Positions 15,920 to 24,740 of a DNA stretch of 35,232 nt are shown one piece after another. Both the position numbers and the translations under genes were made by a program. The stretch lies in the IMG/VR virus record IMGVR_UViG_3300005077_000062, positions 1-35,232 of that record; one strand, given 5' to 3'. The first letter of the stretch is position 1; each line of letters opens with the position of its first letter. The notes beneath the pieces were generated by a model that saw only the letters and a program-made list of their open reading frames with translations, was not told where the DNA came from and did not search any database. The DNA comes from a virus (lineage: Duplodnaviria; Caudoviricetes).

Positions 15920-17152
15920 ATGGAACGCACCTACGAGCCGGGAGAGCGGGCGTATCACCACAGCGCCGAGACCTACGAGAACAAGCTGGCGGCGGCGGCT
16001 CCCGTGGTGAAGGAGAAGCTGGACAACATGGTGGGGCGGGCCCGCGCCGAGAGCGCAGCCGTGGTGGAGAAGCTGCTGCACGAGGCGGAAGTCCGGCGCG
16101 ACTTCCTGCTGCCGGGAGAGGAGTTGGATTGGGGCTGGGAGGATGGCAACGTGGTCGTGACACACGACCGCATCGCCGCCGCCACGCAGCGCCCGCACTT
16201 GATCGCCACCGATTGGGCGCGAGGTCAACTTTGGCAGCGGCTCCGTGTTCCCGCCGCGTTCATGGACGGCCTCGTCGCTGAGGCCCGTGAGACGTTCGAC
16301 GACGGCCAGCCGAAGCCCGTCGCCGTGCTGGCCCGTGGCACGATGCACGATCTGCTCGACAACCTCAAGTATCGGTGGGACGACAAGCGAGTCCTGCTGC
16401 GCGAGGTCGATGGCGCGGTGCGGGGTCTGCTCTCCGACTCCTACCAGCCCGTGGATCAATCGGCGCTCGTCAACGGCTTCGTCAGCGCCTGCGAAGAGAT
16501 CGCCGCACGTGACGCGGTGGAAGTGCTGCCGCTGTCCGGCAGCTACATCACCGATAAAGCCTACGGCCTGCGGGCGCTGCGCGGTGAGATCATCGAGCCG
16601 CTGCCCAACGAGCCGATGGTGCTGGGCATTCAACTCAGTTCGAGCGAGTACGGCTGCGGGTCCACCGAGGTGCGTCTCACGTTGACGCGGATGTGGTGCA
16701 CCAACACGGCCATCGGCGAGAGCGTTCTCCGCAAGGTTCACCTCGACGCGGGACTGCGGGAGTCCAGCGGTGGCCTCATTGAGTTCAGCGAGCGCACTCT
16801 GCGGCTGAACTCGGCGGCGGTGGTGAGCGGCATGAAGGACAGCATCGCCAGCGTGTTGTGTGCCGCTGGCCGCGACCGCGTGATGAAGCACATCCGCGAA
16901 GCCGCCGAGACGAAGGTGGACGCCAAGTCGCTGGCCGAGGGCGCGGCGCGGCGCGGCGTTCTCCGCAAGAGCGACGTGGAGCGTGTCGTGGAGATCGTCC
17001 GCAACGAGGATCGCTTCGACGTGCTGCCCAACACCACTAATCGGGAGTCGCGGCTCCGCTACGCCAACGCTCTGTCGTGGCTGGCCCAGCAGAAGCCCGC
17101 CGACGAGCGGCTGGCGCTGGAGGCCGAGAGCGGTCGCGTGTTGGTCGGGTGA
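15920..17152 (+). CDS. DUF932-like protein
   Basis: 410 aa; RGLLSDSY and GIQLSSSEYGCGS...RMWCTN...LRKVH motifs recalled for the DUF932 family. Confidence 0.7.
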   Translation: MERTYEPGERAYHHSAETYENKLAAAAPVVKEKLDNMVGRARAESAAVVEKLLHEAEVRRDFLLPGEELDWGWEDGNVVVTHDRIAAATQRPHLIATDWARGQLWQRLRVPAAFMDGLVAEARETFDDGQPKPVAVLARGTMHDLLDNLKYRWDDKRVLLREVDGAVRGLLSDSYQPVDQSALVNGFVSACEEIAARDAVEVLPLSGSYITDKAYGLRALRGEIIEPLPNEPMVLGIQLSSSEYGCGSTEVRLTLTRMWCTNTAIGESVLRKVHLDAGLRESSGGLIEFSERTLRLNSAAVVSGMKDSIASVLCAAGRDRVMKHIREAAETKVDAKSLAEGAARRGVLRKSDVERVVEIVRNEDRFDVLPNTTNRESRLRYANALSWLAQQKPADERLALEAESGRVLVG

Positions 17153-17173
17153 TGTGAGGTCGTGATACAAAGT

Positions 17174-17213
17174 AGCCCCGGCGGTTTGGGCTTCCACCCA
17201 TGCCCGCCGGGGC
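17174..17213 (+). other. Strong intergenic hairpin (processing site or terminator without U-tract)
   Basis: 10-bp stem GCCCCGGCGG / CCGCCGGGGC with inner TGGG/CCCA. Confidence 0.55.
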
Positions 17214-17238
17214 CGACAACCTGTGCAGGAGGTTCGAC

Positions 17239-17535
17239 ATGAACTTGGCACTTCGACAGCAGAGATGGTACTCCCGCGCCGATGTGCGGGCGAAGATCGA
17301 GAGCGCAGTCAACGCCCGCGAGGCAGCGGATGCCCTGTGGATCGCATCGTCTCACCGCGACCTCGAGCGTGTGGATCACGCCAACGGCCTCACGGTCGAC
17401 GGCGTGGATGCCATCATCGAGAGAGAGGCCCGCATCCACTATCAACGGGTGGCGCAGCGTCCCGCGCCCGCGTGTCTCACCATCGGCTGGCTATTCAGCC
17501 ACCACGACAACGGAGCGATCCCATGCGAAAGTTGA
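17239..17535 (+). CDS. Hypothetical protein
   Basis: AGGAGG RBS before ATG 17239. Confidence 0.7.
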   Translation: MNLALRQQRWYSRADVRAKIESAVNAREAADALWIASSHRDLERVDHANGLTVDGVDAIIEREARIHYQRVAQRPAPACLTIGWLFSHHDNGAIPCES

Positions 17536-17993
17536 CACCCATCACCATGAACGCCATGAGCGAGAGCTTCTACGACAAAGCCTTTCGCGGCGTGTCCATT
17601 CCCGCTCGCCTGAAAGCCGTGGCCGTTCGCATCTGTGACACCTACGGCATTCGCGGCGACGCTGACCCGCTCTACATCTGCAACGTCGTGGCCTACGAGA
17701 TGGCGGTCGGCGACGGGGAGGGTCTCTTCTGGGAGGAGGCTGGCCGTCGCTGGCGCGTGGATCGCATCGGCAACGCTTGGTGCGTGGTGGACACGGCGAC
17801 CAACGGGGTTGTGTCACGCCACGAAGTCACGGCAGAGTTCAGCGTGAGACAAGCGATGCAGGCGGCGATGGCGGAAGCCATGCGCCTCGACGACGTGTGG
17901 ATCACCACGTGGCTGGCTCGGCTCGCAGCCGAGCGTGGCGCGGTCGGTGTCGGCAGGGATCACATCTTCGCCAGCAGAGGAGACGGACGATGA
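17523..17993 (+). CDS. Hypothetical protein
   Basis: GGAG RBS before ATG 17523; ATGA-coupled to the next ORF. Confidence 0.7.
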   Translation: MRKLTPITMNAMSESFYDKAFRGVSIPARLKAVAVRICDTYGIRGDADPLYICNVVAYEMAVGDGEGLFWEEAGRRWRVDRIGNAWCVVDTATNGVVSRHEVTAEFSVRQAMQAAMAEAMRLDDVWITTWLARLAAERGAVGVGRDHIFASRGDGR

Positions 17994-18430
17994 ACGTGCA
18001 GCAGGGTCTCGTCATGAGGCTGGAGAGCAAGCTCCGCAGCCTGTCGGTCACGCTGAGAGAGATCGACCTCGCCATCGATTGTATCACCAACGTCGACGGC
18101 GTTCCCGAGCGCATCCTCAGCGTCTACGTCTACACCGCAAGCAGTCTTGAGGACGGCCAGCCGATTCGCCGCATTCCCATCAGCGACCTCGATCCCGGTT
18201 ACAACATGGGGTGGTTGCTGTGGCTGCGAGGTGGCGTCGTGTCACAGATCAACGCCACGGGCTACCAGATCGCGCGTTCCCTGCGAGACTTCCCGCACTC
18301 CTTCACGGAGGATGAGGCAACACACGCAGCAGACCTCGCTCTCGAGGTCGTCTCCAAGTGTCACAACAAGGCGGTCGCCAATCTCTGCTTCCCCGTGGTG
18401 GTTCCCAGCAGCAAGGAGACCAACTCGTGA
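17990..18430 (+). CDS. Hypothetical protein
   Basis: GAGGAG RBS; ATGA overlap. Confidence 0.7.
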   Translation: MNVQQGLVMRLESKLRSLSVTLREIDLAIDCITNVDGVPERILSVYVYTASSLEDGQPIRRIPISDLDPGYNMGWLLWLRGGVVSQINATGYQIARSLRDFPHSFTEDEATHAADLALEVVSKCHNKAVANLCFPVVVPSSKETNS

Positions 18431-18636
18431 GACGCCGCGACAACAAGCCCGTGAGCCTTCGTCGTGACCCCTTTGCGCGGATGACGCTGGAGCGCACCCG
18501 CTGCGAAGCCGGTAAGACGTGCCGCGAGTGCGGCCAGCCCGCTCGCTTTCACTATGGCTGGCGCAGCGATGGCGGTGGTGGTGGCGTCATGAGCTTCTGC
18601 GGCGTGGACTGCTTCGAAACCTACTGCCGCCCGTAA
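18427..18636 (+). CDS. Small zinc-finger protein (CxxC...FCxxxC)
   Basis: AAGGAG RBS, GTG start overlapping the previous stop; CRECG...FCGVDC. Confidence 0.65.
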   Translation: MRRRDNKPVSLRRDPFARMTLERTRCEAGKTCRECGQPARFHYGWRSDGGGGGVMSFCGVDCFETYCRP

Positions 18637-18679
18637 CCAAGAAGATCGTCGTGAGACGCCAAGACGTGGACAACATCTC

Positions 18680-18708
18680 TTGGTGATTAGACTTGATTTT
18701 ATTATCTT
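18680..18708 (+). promoter_or_regulatory. Putative promoter P3 with operator half-site
   Basis: AT-rich island TTGGTG-17-TATCTT containing GACTTGATT (same half-site as P1/P2), upstream of the RHH gene. Confidence 0.5.
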
Positions 18709-18747
18709 GTGACACGCTGGAAACCAACTGTCAGAAAGGAGAGAGCG

Positions 18748-18978
18748 ATGCGAAAGGTCGCCGCCGAAGATGAGCGGGTGCGTCCCGGCCCGCGTCGGAA
18801 AGCCGTGAAACTCAGCGAGAAGGTGATGCTGTGTCTCACGCCGTCGGCTTTGCTTCGCGTGGAGCGAGCCGCAACCGTGCAGGGCAAGTCCATCTCGGAG
18901 TTCTGCCGAGATGCCGCAACATCCCGAGCCGACAAGGTGTTGGCTGGAATGACAACCAAAGCAGGAGGGAACGACTGA
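18748..18978 (+). CDS. Ribbon-helix-helix DNA-binding protein (DUF1778-like)
   Basis: AAAGGAG RBS; KVMLCLT (strand) followed by LLRVERAATVQGKSISEFCRDAA (helix-turn-helix of RHH). Confidence 0.7.
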   Translation: MRKVAAEDERVRPGPRRKAVKLSEKVMLCLTPSALLRVERAATVQGKSISEFCRDAATSRADKVLAGMTTKAGGND

Positions 18979-19745
18979 TGGCGAGGGCAAAGAAGAACGA
19001 AGGCGCGGAGGCCGCGCTGCCGCTGGTGGACGCGCCTACCGCGTGTGACACGCAGACCGAGGGAGAAGCCGTGGTGGAGACGCTGCTTGTGGACGCACCC
19101 AGCGAGATTCCCGGAACAGACATCCGCGACGACGGGACGGTGGAGCGCGAGATCGCTGCCGCCACGTGGGACGGCAACACGCTCTTCCAGATCATTTGCG
19201 ACGTGGTGGAGCCGTGGCACGAGGACCTCGGCTGGAGCTACTCGACCCACGCCGAGTACGCGGCGGCGCTGCCTCTCCTGCTGGAGAAGGCTGTGCAGAT
19301 GAACCTCGACGTGCGACCCCTGCAGGAGGCGCTCGCTGCCGAGGTGGCGGGTCTCGAAGCGCAGGCGAGCCACTACAACGAGGTCGCCAACACCTTCGCG
19401 GGCAAGGCAGCGAAGCGCGAGGAGGTGTTGTCCAAGCTCGACGCCGCGTTGCTGGGTCTCGTGCTTCGACAGGGCATGGAGTTCGGCAAGGCGGGCAACA
19501 AGCGTCTCACGCTCGGCGACACGACCTACAAGTCGGCGAGTAGCCAGCGGCTCCTCGTGGATCACAGGAGGCGTGACCAGATCGAATTGGAGCAGCCGTT
19601 GTGGCTGGAGGAGCCGAAGGAGCCGCAGATCAGCACGAGCAAGGTCAAGGCCGCGCTGAAGACGATGAGCGAGGACGAGCAGCGTGAGACCCTCAGCCGC
19701 TACGGCATGAAGGTGACGACCACGTGGCGGCTGGACTACAAGTAG
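18978..19745 (+). CDS. Gam/Gp157-like coiled-coil protein (possible host-nuclease inhibitor)
   Basis: Acidic N-terminus, coiled coil and C-terminal PQISTSKVKAALK motif; directly before the SSAP gene. Confidence 0.55.
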   Translation: MARAKKNEGAEAALPLVDAPTACDTQTEGEAVVETLLVDAPSEIPGTDIRDDGTVEREIAAATWDGNTLFQIICDVVEPWHEDLGWSYSTHAEYAAALPLLLEKAVQMNLDVRPLQEALAAEVAGLEAQASHYNEVANTFAGKAAKREEVLSKLDAALLGLVLRQGMEFGKAGNKRLTLGDTTYKSASSQRLLVDHRRRDQIELEQPLWLEEPKEPQISTSKVKAALKTMSEDEQRETLSRYGMKVTTTWRLDYK

Positions 19746-19758
19746 TGGAGACACCGAC

Positions 19759-20736
19759 ATGGAAGACAACGTGCAGGAAGTCCTCAACGCGGTGGTGGAG
19801 GTGCTGGAGCGGGGTGGCGTCGTGTCACACGATAGCCCTCGCCTCGGCAATCTTCGCCACTACAACGCTCTTCGCAGGCCGGACAACTCGGCGCTGAAGA
19901 CGATCACGGGCGGCAACCTCAACGGGAAAACCGACATCAATCCGCAATGGCGGCTTGAGGCGATGACTCGCCAGTTCGGCCCCGTCGGCATCGGCTGGGG
20001 GTGGCGGCTCGTCCGAGTGTGGATGGAGAAGCCGAGCGACGCCAGCGGTGTCGTGCTGGCCTTCGCTGAGGTCGCTGTGTGGTACCGCGACCCTGTGACA
20101 CACGATCGCAGCGAAGACATCCCCGGCATCGGCGGCAACGAGATCGTGAAGGTCGAGGGAGGCTTCGTCGAAGACCCTGACAACCCTCGCGAGAAGGTGC
20201 GTCGCGCCTTCGTCTGCAAGCCAAACGACGAGGCTTACAAGATGGCCGTGACTGATGCGCTCTCCGTCGCGTTCAAGACCATCGGCGTCGGCGGCGACAT
20301 CTACGCCGGAGCGTGGGACGGCAGCAAGTATATCCGCCCGATGCCCGACGACGAAGGGGAGCCGCCGCAGCCGGAGACGTTGCGCCAGCCCGCTCGCCAA
20401 GCGGGACAGCCAGCAGCCACTCCTTCTCCCCAGCCGCAGAAGGGCATCACCGACGCCGAGGCTGAGAACCTCGTCGCCGCTGTGTGTGACAAGGTTCTCA
20501 AGTGTGACACGGCGACGGCTGCCAAGGCGGCGGCGAATGCGTGTCTCACGCACGAGTTGGCTCTGCTGAAGGCGCGGCCCAAGGATCGACAGAAGGTCAT
20601 GGGAACGATCCGCGAACACATCGAGATGCTCGAGGGCATGGCCGCTGCCGCCGCGCCCGCTGCTGGTGACGAAGGCCCGCTGAGTGCGGGACACGGCAGC
20701 AGAATCCTCCGCAGCGAAGAAGGGGAGCAAGCCTGA
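19759..20736 (+). CDS. Single-strand annealing recombinase, Rad52/Sak-like
   Basis: GKTDINPQWRLEAMTRQFGPVGIGW and DEAYKMAVTDALSVAFKTIGVGGDIY motifs; adjacent to SSB. Confidence 0.8.
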   Translation: MEDNVQEVLNAVVEVLERGGVVSHDSPRLGNLRHYNALRRPDNSALKTITGGNLNGKTDINPQWRLEAMTRQFGPVGIGWGWRLVRVWMEKPSDASGVVLAFAEVAVWYRDPVTHDRSEDIPGIGGNEIVKVEGGFVEDPDNPREKVRRAFVCKPNDEAYKMAVTDALSVAFKTIGVGGDIYAGAWDGSKYIRPMPDDEGEPPQPETLRQPARQAGQPAATPSPQPQKGITDAEAENLVAAVCDKVLKCDTATAAKAAANACLTHELALLKARPKDRQKVMGTIREHIEMLEGMAAAAAPAAGDEGPLSAGHGSRILRSEEGEQA

Positions 20737-21173
20737 TGGCACTCGACCACAACATCGTCGTCCTCTGTGGACGCCTCGGCAAGGACGCCGAGAACCGTGT
20801 CGCAGGAGCGACAGGGAAGAGCGTGACGACTCTCAGCGTCGCCACCAGCGCAGGCAAGGACAAGACCGACTGGCACAAGGTGATCGTGTGGGATGCCCAC
20901 GACAGCGTTCGCAACGCTCGCAAAGGTGACACGATACTCGCCGAGGGGCGTCTCACCTACAACGAGTGGGAGGACAAGGAGGGACGACGTGTCCGCACAG
21001 CCGAGGTCTTGTGCTTCCGATGCAGCGTGTTCGACAAGCACCAGCGGCCCGACTACGACAGCGGAGCGGGAGTGCCGCATCAGCCCGCCGCGCAGAACTA
21101 CGGTCTCGACGCCAACGGCAACGACCCGAGTTGGCAGGGCGGTGGCGCAGTCGATGAAGACTTGCCGTTCTGA
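20736..21173 (+). CDS. ssb: Single-stranded DNA-binding protein
   Basis: OB-fold motifs NIVVLCGRLGKDAE, TDWHKVIVW, KGDTILAEGRL; acidic tail DEDLPF. Confidence 0.93.
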   Translation: MALDHNIVVLCGRLGKDAENRVAGATGKSVTTLSVATSAGKDKTDWHKVIVWDAHDSVRNARKGDTILAEGRLTYNEWEDKEGRRVRTAEVLCFRCSVFDKHQRPDYDSGAGVPHQPAAQNYGLDANGNDPSWQGGGAVDEDLPF

Positions 21174-21187
21174 GATGTGTCACACGA

Positions 21188-21213
21188 GGGCGGCGGGCTT
21201 CGGTCTGCCGCCC
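21188..21213 (+). terminator. Hairpin with C(UUCG)G tetraloop after ssb (weak terminator or attenuator)
   Basis: GGGCGGCGGGC-TTCG-GTCTGCCGCCC; poor U-tract. Confidence 0.5.
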
Positions 21214-21233
21214 GTCTTCATCGGAGGTGCTGC

Positions 21234-22022
21234 GTGGGTTTCAACATGGTGCCAGACACCACGCTCGACCAACTGACCCTCCTCAAGCCGAAGGAGCGAC
21301 ACGTCGTCCTCTCCTGCTGGTGCCTGCCGGATCGTCGCTGGGGCGGTCTCTTCACCGTGTCGGCGAAGCGGCTGGCGTACTACACGGGTCTCTCCGTCCG
21401 CGAGGTTGAGAGCGCTCTCACAGGTGACACGCCAGCGAGAAAGCTCATCGAGTGGGACGCCGCGCTCGATCTGCTGTGGGTTCCCGGCATCGCTGCCGCC
21501 GACATGGCTCGTTGCAGCAACGAGAAACAACTCAAGGGTCTCGTCTCCAACATCAAGCAGGCACCGGCGTGTCCGCTGCGTGAGACAGCGGTGGTCTATC
21601 TCATGAGTCTATCCCATCCCCTATCGAATGCCCTACGGATAGCCCTATCGAATGGGCTATCTGGTGACCTATCGAAGACCCTACCGATAGGGTTCGTAGA
21701 CGTAGACGTAGACGTAGACGTAGAGGGCGGGTGCGCGGCAACCGACGAGGAGTGTGCCGCTGCGGTCGAGCGTGTCACGGCGTGGACACGCATTCTCAAG
21801 GGAACACGTCACGAGGTGACACAGCAGCAGATCGACAACTACGGCGACGACTTCATCCGCGCAGTTGCCGCCGTGTCACAAGAAGACATCGAGCAGATGG
21901 CGCGGGCGGTTCGTGCGAGCAAGTGGCTCAGGGAGGACGCTGGAGTCGTGAGCTTCCCGTGGGCGATCAAGAACCGAGAGCGGCTTCTCCGAGGGGAGTG
22001 GTCGCCCGACGCGAAGAGGTGA
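21234..22022 (+). CDS. Replication initiator (lambda O-like organisation)
   Basis: GGAGG RBS before GTG 21234; N-terminal wHTH-like AKRLAYYTGLSVREVESAL; internal DNA repeats and VDVDVDVDVE linker; C-terminal SFPWAIKNRERLLRGEW. Confidence 0.7.
   Translation: MGFNMVPDTTLDQLTLLKPKERHVVLSCWCLPDRRWGGLFTVSAKRLAYYTGLSVREVESALTGDTPARKLIEWDAALDLLWVPGIAAADMARCSNEKQLKGLVSNIKQAPACPLRETAVVYLMSLSHPLSNALRIALSNGLSGDLSKTLPIGFVDVDVDVDVEGGCAATDEECAAAVERVTAWTRILKGTRHEVTQQQIDNYGDDFIRAVAAVSQEDIEQMARAVRASKWLREDAGVVSFPWAIKNRERLLRGEWSPDAKR
21596..21725. repeat. Iteron-like array (probable replication origin) inside the initiator gene
   Basis: CTA(T/C)(C/G) units at 21609, 21621, 21633, 21645, 21657, 21669 and 21681 (12-bp period, plus 21596), then (GTAGAC)x4 at 21696-21719. 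Confidence 0.7.
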
Positions 22023-22027
22023 CACAC

Positions 22028-22312
22028 ATGGCCGAAGTGATTGCATTGCCGCCCGTGGAGCCGGTTGCCGTCCACGTGTGGGGATTGATGAAGCGCATGA
22101 GCAGCGGCGACCGAGAGATGGTGGAGGCACTCATGCTGTTCCACGGCAAGCGCGACGCACCGACGACCGTGTGTCACGACACGGTGAAGCGAGCGCAGCG
22201 AATCCTCGCTCGGCTTGTGCAACAGCTTGACGAGACGCAGTTCGGCGGCAGCGGCAAGTTCAGCACACAGCGGTCGCCCTACTTGGGCGTTCTCTACATC
22301 GTGAAGAGGTGA
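22028..22312 (+). CDS. Hypothetical protein
   Basis: GAGGTG RBS before ATG 22028. Confidence 0.65.
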   Translation: MAEVIALPPVEPVAVHVWGLMKRMSSGDREMVEALMLFHGKRDAPTTVCHDTVKRAQRILARLVQQLDETQFGGSGKFSTQRSPYLGVLYIVKR

Positions 22313-22315
22313 CAC

Positions 22316-22603
22316 ATGATCGAGTGCAGGAGTTGTGGCGAGAGGCTTCGCAGCATCAACGTCTGCGGCCTCATGACCGACGACGAGGAGCGTGGTCTCG
22401 TGGGAACGGCGTGTCCGCGCAGCGGGGTCCGCGATGACTGCCCGCTCACGCCCAGTCAGCAGGAGGAGGCGCAGACGCGGCGTGTTACAGCTACGCCGCT
22501 CGTGAACTCGTGGTGGCCCAGCGACACACGGGTCGAGATCGCAACGACGAGAACACAGGGTGGGCGTGTGTTGTCCACCACGCAGTTGACGCTGGAGGTG
22601 TGA
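22316..22603 (+). CDS. Cys-rich hypothetical protein
   Basis: GAGGTG RBS; CRSC, C, CP and CP residues. Confidence 0.6.
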   Translation: MIECRSCGERLRSINVCGLMTDDEERGLVGTACPRSGVRDDCPLTPSQQEEAQTRRVTATPLVNSWWPSDTRVEIATTRTQGGRVLSTTQLTLEV

Positions 22604-22605
22604 CG

Positions 22606-22869
22606 ATGCTCAGACAAGAGGATTGGTTGGAGTTCGAGTCCGCTTTCCCGTCTGCTGCTACGTGGTTGCGCGGTCGCAAGTTGTGGCGAGAGCGTGACAC
22701 GCTGCGAAAGGAGAAGGATCGCACCTCGTACATCGAAGACGAAGGCAACGCCACGGTCGCGTTCATGGTCGGAGACAGAGTGCGAAGAGCTTGGGTTCTG
22801 CGCAGACTGGCAGAGCTTGAGGAGTTGAGGTGGCTTGACGAACACAAACCGATGGGAGACCCCGCATGA
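22606..22869 (+). CDS. Hypothetical protein
   Basis: GGAGGTG RBS before ATG 22606. Confidence 0.65.
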   Translation: MLRQEDWLEFESAFPSAATWLRGRKLWRERDTLRKEKDRTSYIEDEGNATVAFMVGDRVRRAWVLRRLAELEELRWLDEHKPMGDPA

Positions 22870-23180
22870 GCAAGCTGAAAGACCTACTCGACGCCGTGGA
22901 CGCCCGCAGCGGCGACCGTGAGCCGGGGTTCGTGGCCGCGCTGCTGAAGAAGCTGCGGAGCCAGCGCAAGCCGCAGACGCGAAAGCGTGTGGGCAACACG
23001 GGCAACGGACGCAACCGCGCCGAATCCCGCGCAGAGGAGTTCGGCCACTACGCCGTGATGGGTGGCGGAAGCAGCGGCGTGACACACCACCGTCCGAGGC
23101 AGCAGGAGAAGCGCAGCCGCAGGGGACGCCGCCGCAAGGCCGCGATCAAGACCAAGGCGAGGAGGGCGCGTCATGCGTGA
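22866..23180 (+). CDS. Basic Arg/Lys-rich hypothetical protein
   Basis: ATGA-coupled; GGAG RBS. Confidence 0.55.
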   Translation: MSKLKDLLDAVDARSGDREPGFVAALLKKLRSQRKPQTRKRVGNTGNGRNRAESRAEEFGHYAVMGGGSSGVTHHRPRQQEKRSRRGRRRKAAIKTKARRARHA

Positions 23181-23583
23181 GTTCAACTTCGACGACATCG
23201 AGGTCGGGATGTTGCTTCTGTGTCACGGCAGCACCCCTCGTGAGACTGGCGTGGTGGAGGTGGTTCGCAAGACGAAGACGCAGATCACGGTCGTCCCTGA
23301 GTTCACGAAGCCCGAAGCGATCAAGCGTCGCAGTACACGCTTCAACAACCGTGGGTGGGAAGTCGGCGGCACCGTGTATCACAAGGCGCGACTGGAGAGC
23401 GTGGATGACGCCGCGCTTGACGCCGCCCGCGTGGAGACGACAAGGCGAATCAAGGTCGCCCGCCTTTCAAGTGTGCAGCCTGTGGAGTGGCGAATGCTGT
23501 CCACGGAGGCCCTCATCTCCATCTGCAACATGCTCGACGCCGCTGCAGCCGAGGTGCGCGAAGAGAGGGAGTCGCAGCGATGA
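23173..23583 (+). CDS. Hypothetical protein (SH3/beta-barrel-like N-terminus)
   Basis: GAGGAG RBS; DIEVGMLLL...VVEVVRKTKTQITV pattern. Confidence 0.65.
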   Translation: MREFNFDDIEVGMLLLCHGSTPRETGVVEVVRKTKTQITVVPEFTKPEAIKRRSTRFNNRGWEVGGTVYHKARLESVDDAALDAARVETTRRIKVARLSSVQPVEWRMLSTEALISICNMLDAAAAEVREERESQR

Positions 23584-23729
23584 GCGTCTCCTCATTCCTT
23601 GCTGGCGTCGTCACGGGCTGGGCTGTGACACGCCTCTGGTGGTGGCTGCGCCCGCACCTTGTGTTGGCGCTGGTGGTGTGGACGGTGAAGAAGCGGCAAC
23701 GCAGGGAGGCTCGCAATGACGCGGCGTGA
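23580..23729 (+). CDS. Small membrane protein (49 aa)
   Basis: ATGA-coupled; hydrophobic SFLAGVVTGWAVTRLWWWLRPHLVLALVVW. Confidence 0.5.
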   Translation: MSVSSFLAGVVTGWAVTRLWWWLRPHLVLALVVWTVKKRQRREARNDAA

Positions 23730-23985
23730 CCTTCTCCACGTGGACAAGCTGGCGGACTTCACTGCTTGGCTGAGTGAGCGCGGCATCCCGTGGCGCGAGG
23801 GGCGCGGCTACTTTCAGGTGATACAAGTGCAAGTCGAACTCCCGTTCTCGAAGCGCATGGCGTGGCATTGCGTGTTCAAGCGGCTCCCGCGAGAGAACGC
23901 CCAGCACTACACGGTGGCCGCTCCGCTCGTGCCGCTCGTCTTGGCATTCATCCGAAGCAACCGGGAGGCAGCGTGTCGCAGGTGA
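23716..23985 (+). CDS. Hypothetical protein
   Basis: GGAGG RBS; 89 aa. Confidence 0.7.
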   Translation: MTRRDLLHVDKLADFTAWLSERGIPWREGRGYFQVIQVQVELPFSKRMAWHCVFKRLPRENAQHYTVAAPLVPLVLAFIRSNREAACRR

Positions 23986-24236
23986 TTCTCAGGCGCGTGG
24001 CGTGTGTTCCCTACAACCGCAGGCCGCGAGACCGTGCAGCCGCCAATTATCGAGTGGACGGCGTGGATCGCTGCCGCTTCTGCGCTCCCACCTACCGAGA
24101 CGGGCGTGACACAGCACTCTGCGGGAGCTTCTGGAAAGGGAGCGTCTGCACGCGCCTTGCTGGACACGCAGGAGAGCACGTTGCCTGCGCGGACGGTGGC
24201 TCGTGTGACATCAAGCGATGGAGGAACGTCAGGTGA
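23973..24236 (+). CDS. Cys/His-rich hypothetical protein
   Basis: GGGAGG RBS, GTG start; CRFC and CTRLAGHAGEH metal-binding pattern. Confidence 0.55.
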   Translation: MSQVILRRVACVPYNRRPRDRAAANYRVDGVDRCRFCAPTYRDGRDTALCGSFWKGSVCTRLAGHAGEHVACADGGSCDIKRWRNVR

Positions 24237-24520
24237 CACAGAAGCGAAAGCGGGCGACGGGTCGGCTCATCAGCTACTCCGAGGCGCGGCGGATTCTCCA
24301 CGACGGAGGCTACTCCCGAGTGGGCGACAAAGAGCTTGCCGACCTCGAGGCCGCGCTGCGTGAGACGCTCGAACACCGCATCAGGATCACGCGAGGGCAC
24401 CGCGCCACGCGAAAGCGGGGCTGGAGGCTCAATGGCTGGGAGGCCGTCTTCATCGGCGGCGTGGACACACCGAGAGCGAAGAAGAAGGGAGGAGACATTG
24501 AAGAACCGAGCGACCGCTGA
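24233..24520 (+). CDS. Hypothetical protein
   Basis: GGAGG RBS; GTGA overlap with the previous stop. Confidence 0.55.
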   Translation: MTQKRKRATGRLISYSEARRILHDGGYSRVGDKELADLEAALRETLEHRIRITRGHRATRKRGWRLNGWEAVFIGGVDTPRAKKKGGDIEEPSDR

Positions 24521-24740
24521 CAAGCAATGCGAGCAGCTTCTCGAGCTGCTTCGCGAGCAACCTGTGACACAACTCGATGCGATCCGCGAACTCGGTTGCC
24601 TGCGCCTTGCCGCCCGTGTCTACGACTTGCGGCGGCGTGGGCACGTGATCACCACGAAGCGCATCCTCATGCTGGGCCGCTTCGGCAGCAATCAGGTTGC
24701 TGAGTACCAACTGGTGCGAGAGGCAAACGGTGGGCGGTGA
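24498..24740 (+). CDS. Winged HTH protein (HTH_39-like)
   Basis: GGAGGAG RBS, TTG start; QCEQLLELL...VTQLDA...CLRLAARVYDLRRRGHVI motif. Confidence 0.75.
   Translation: MKNRATADKQCEQLLELLREQPVTQLDAIRELGCLRLAARVYDLRRRGHVITTKRILMLGRFGSNQVAEYQLVREANGGR

Noticed and set aside
2310-17251. Long minus-strand ORFs (2310..3974, 8184..9395, 14241..15704, 15869..17251 and others)
   Set aside because: They are antisense shadows of high-GC3 plus-strand genes, with no RBS or recognisable motifs.
18683-18712. dif-like XerC/D integration site
   Set aside because: AT-rich but a poor match to the XerD arm TTATGTTAAAT; better explained as a promoter.
21596-21725. CRISPR array
   Set aside because: Units are 12 and 6 bp with no unique spacers and lie within a coding frame; no cas genes.
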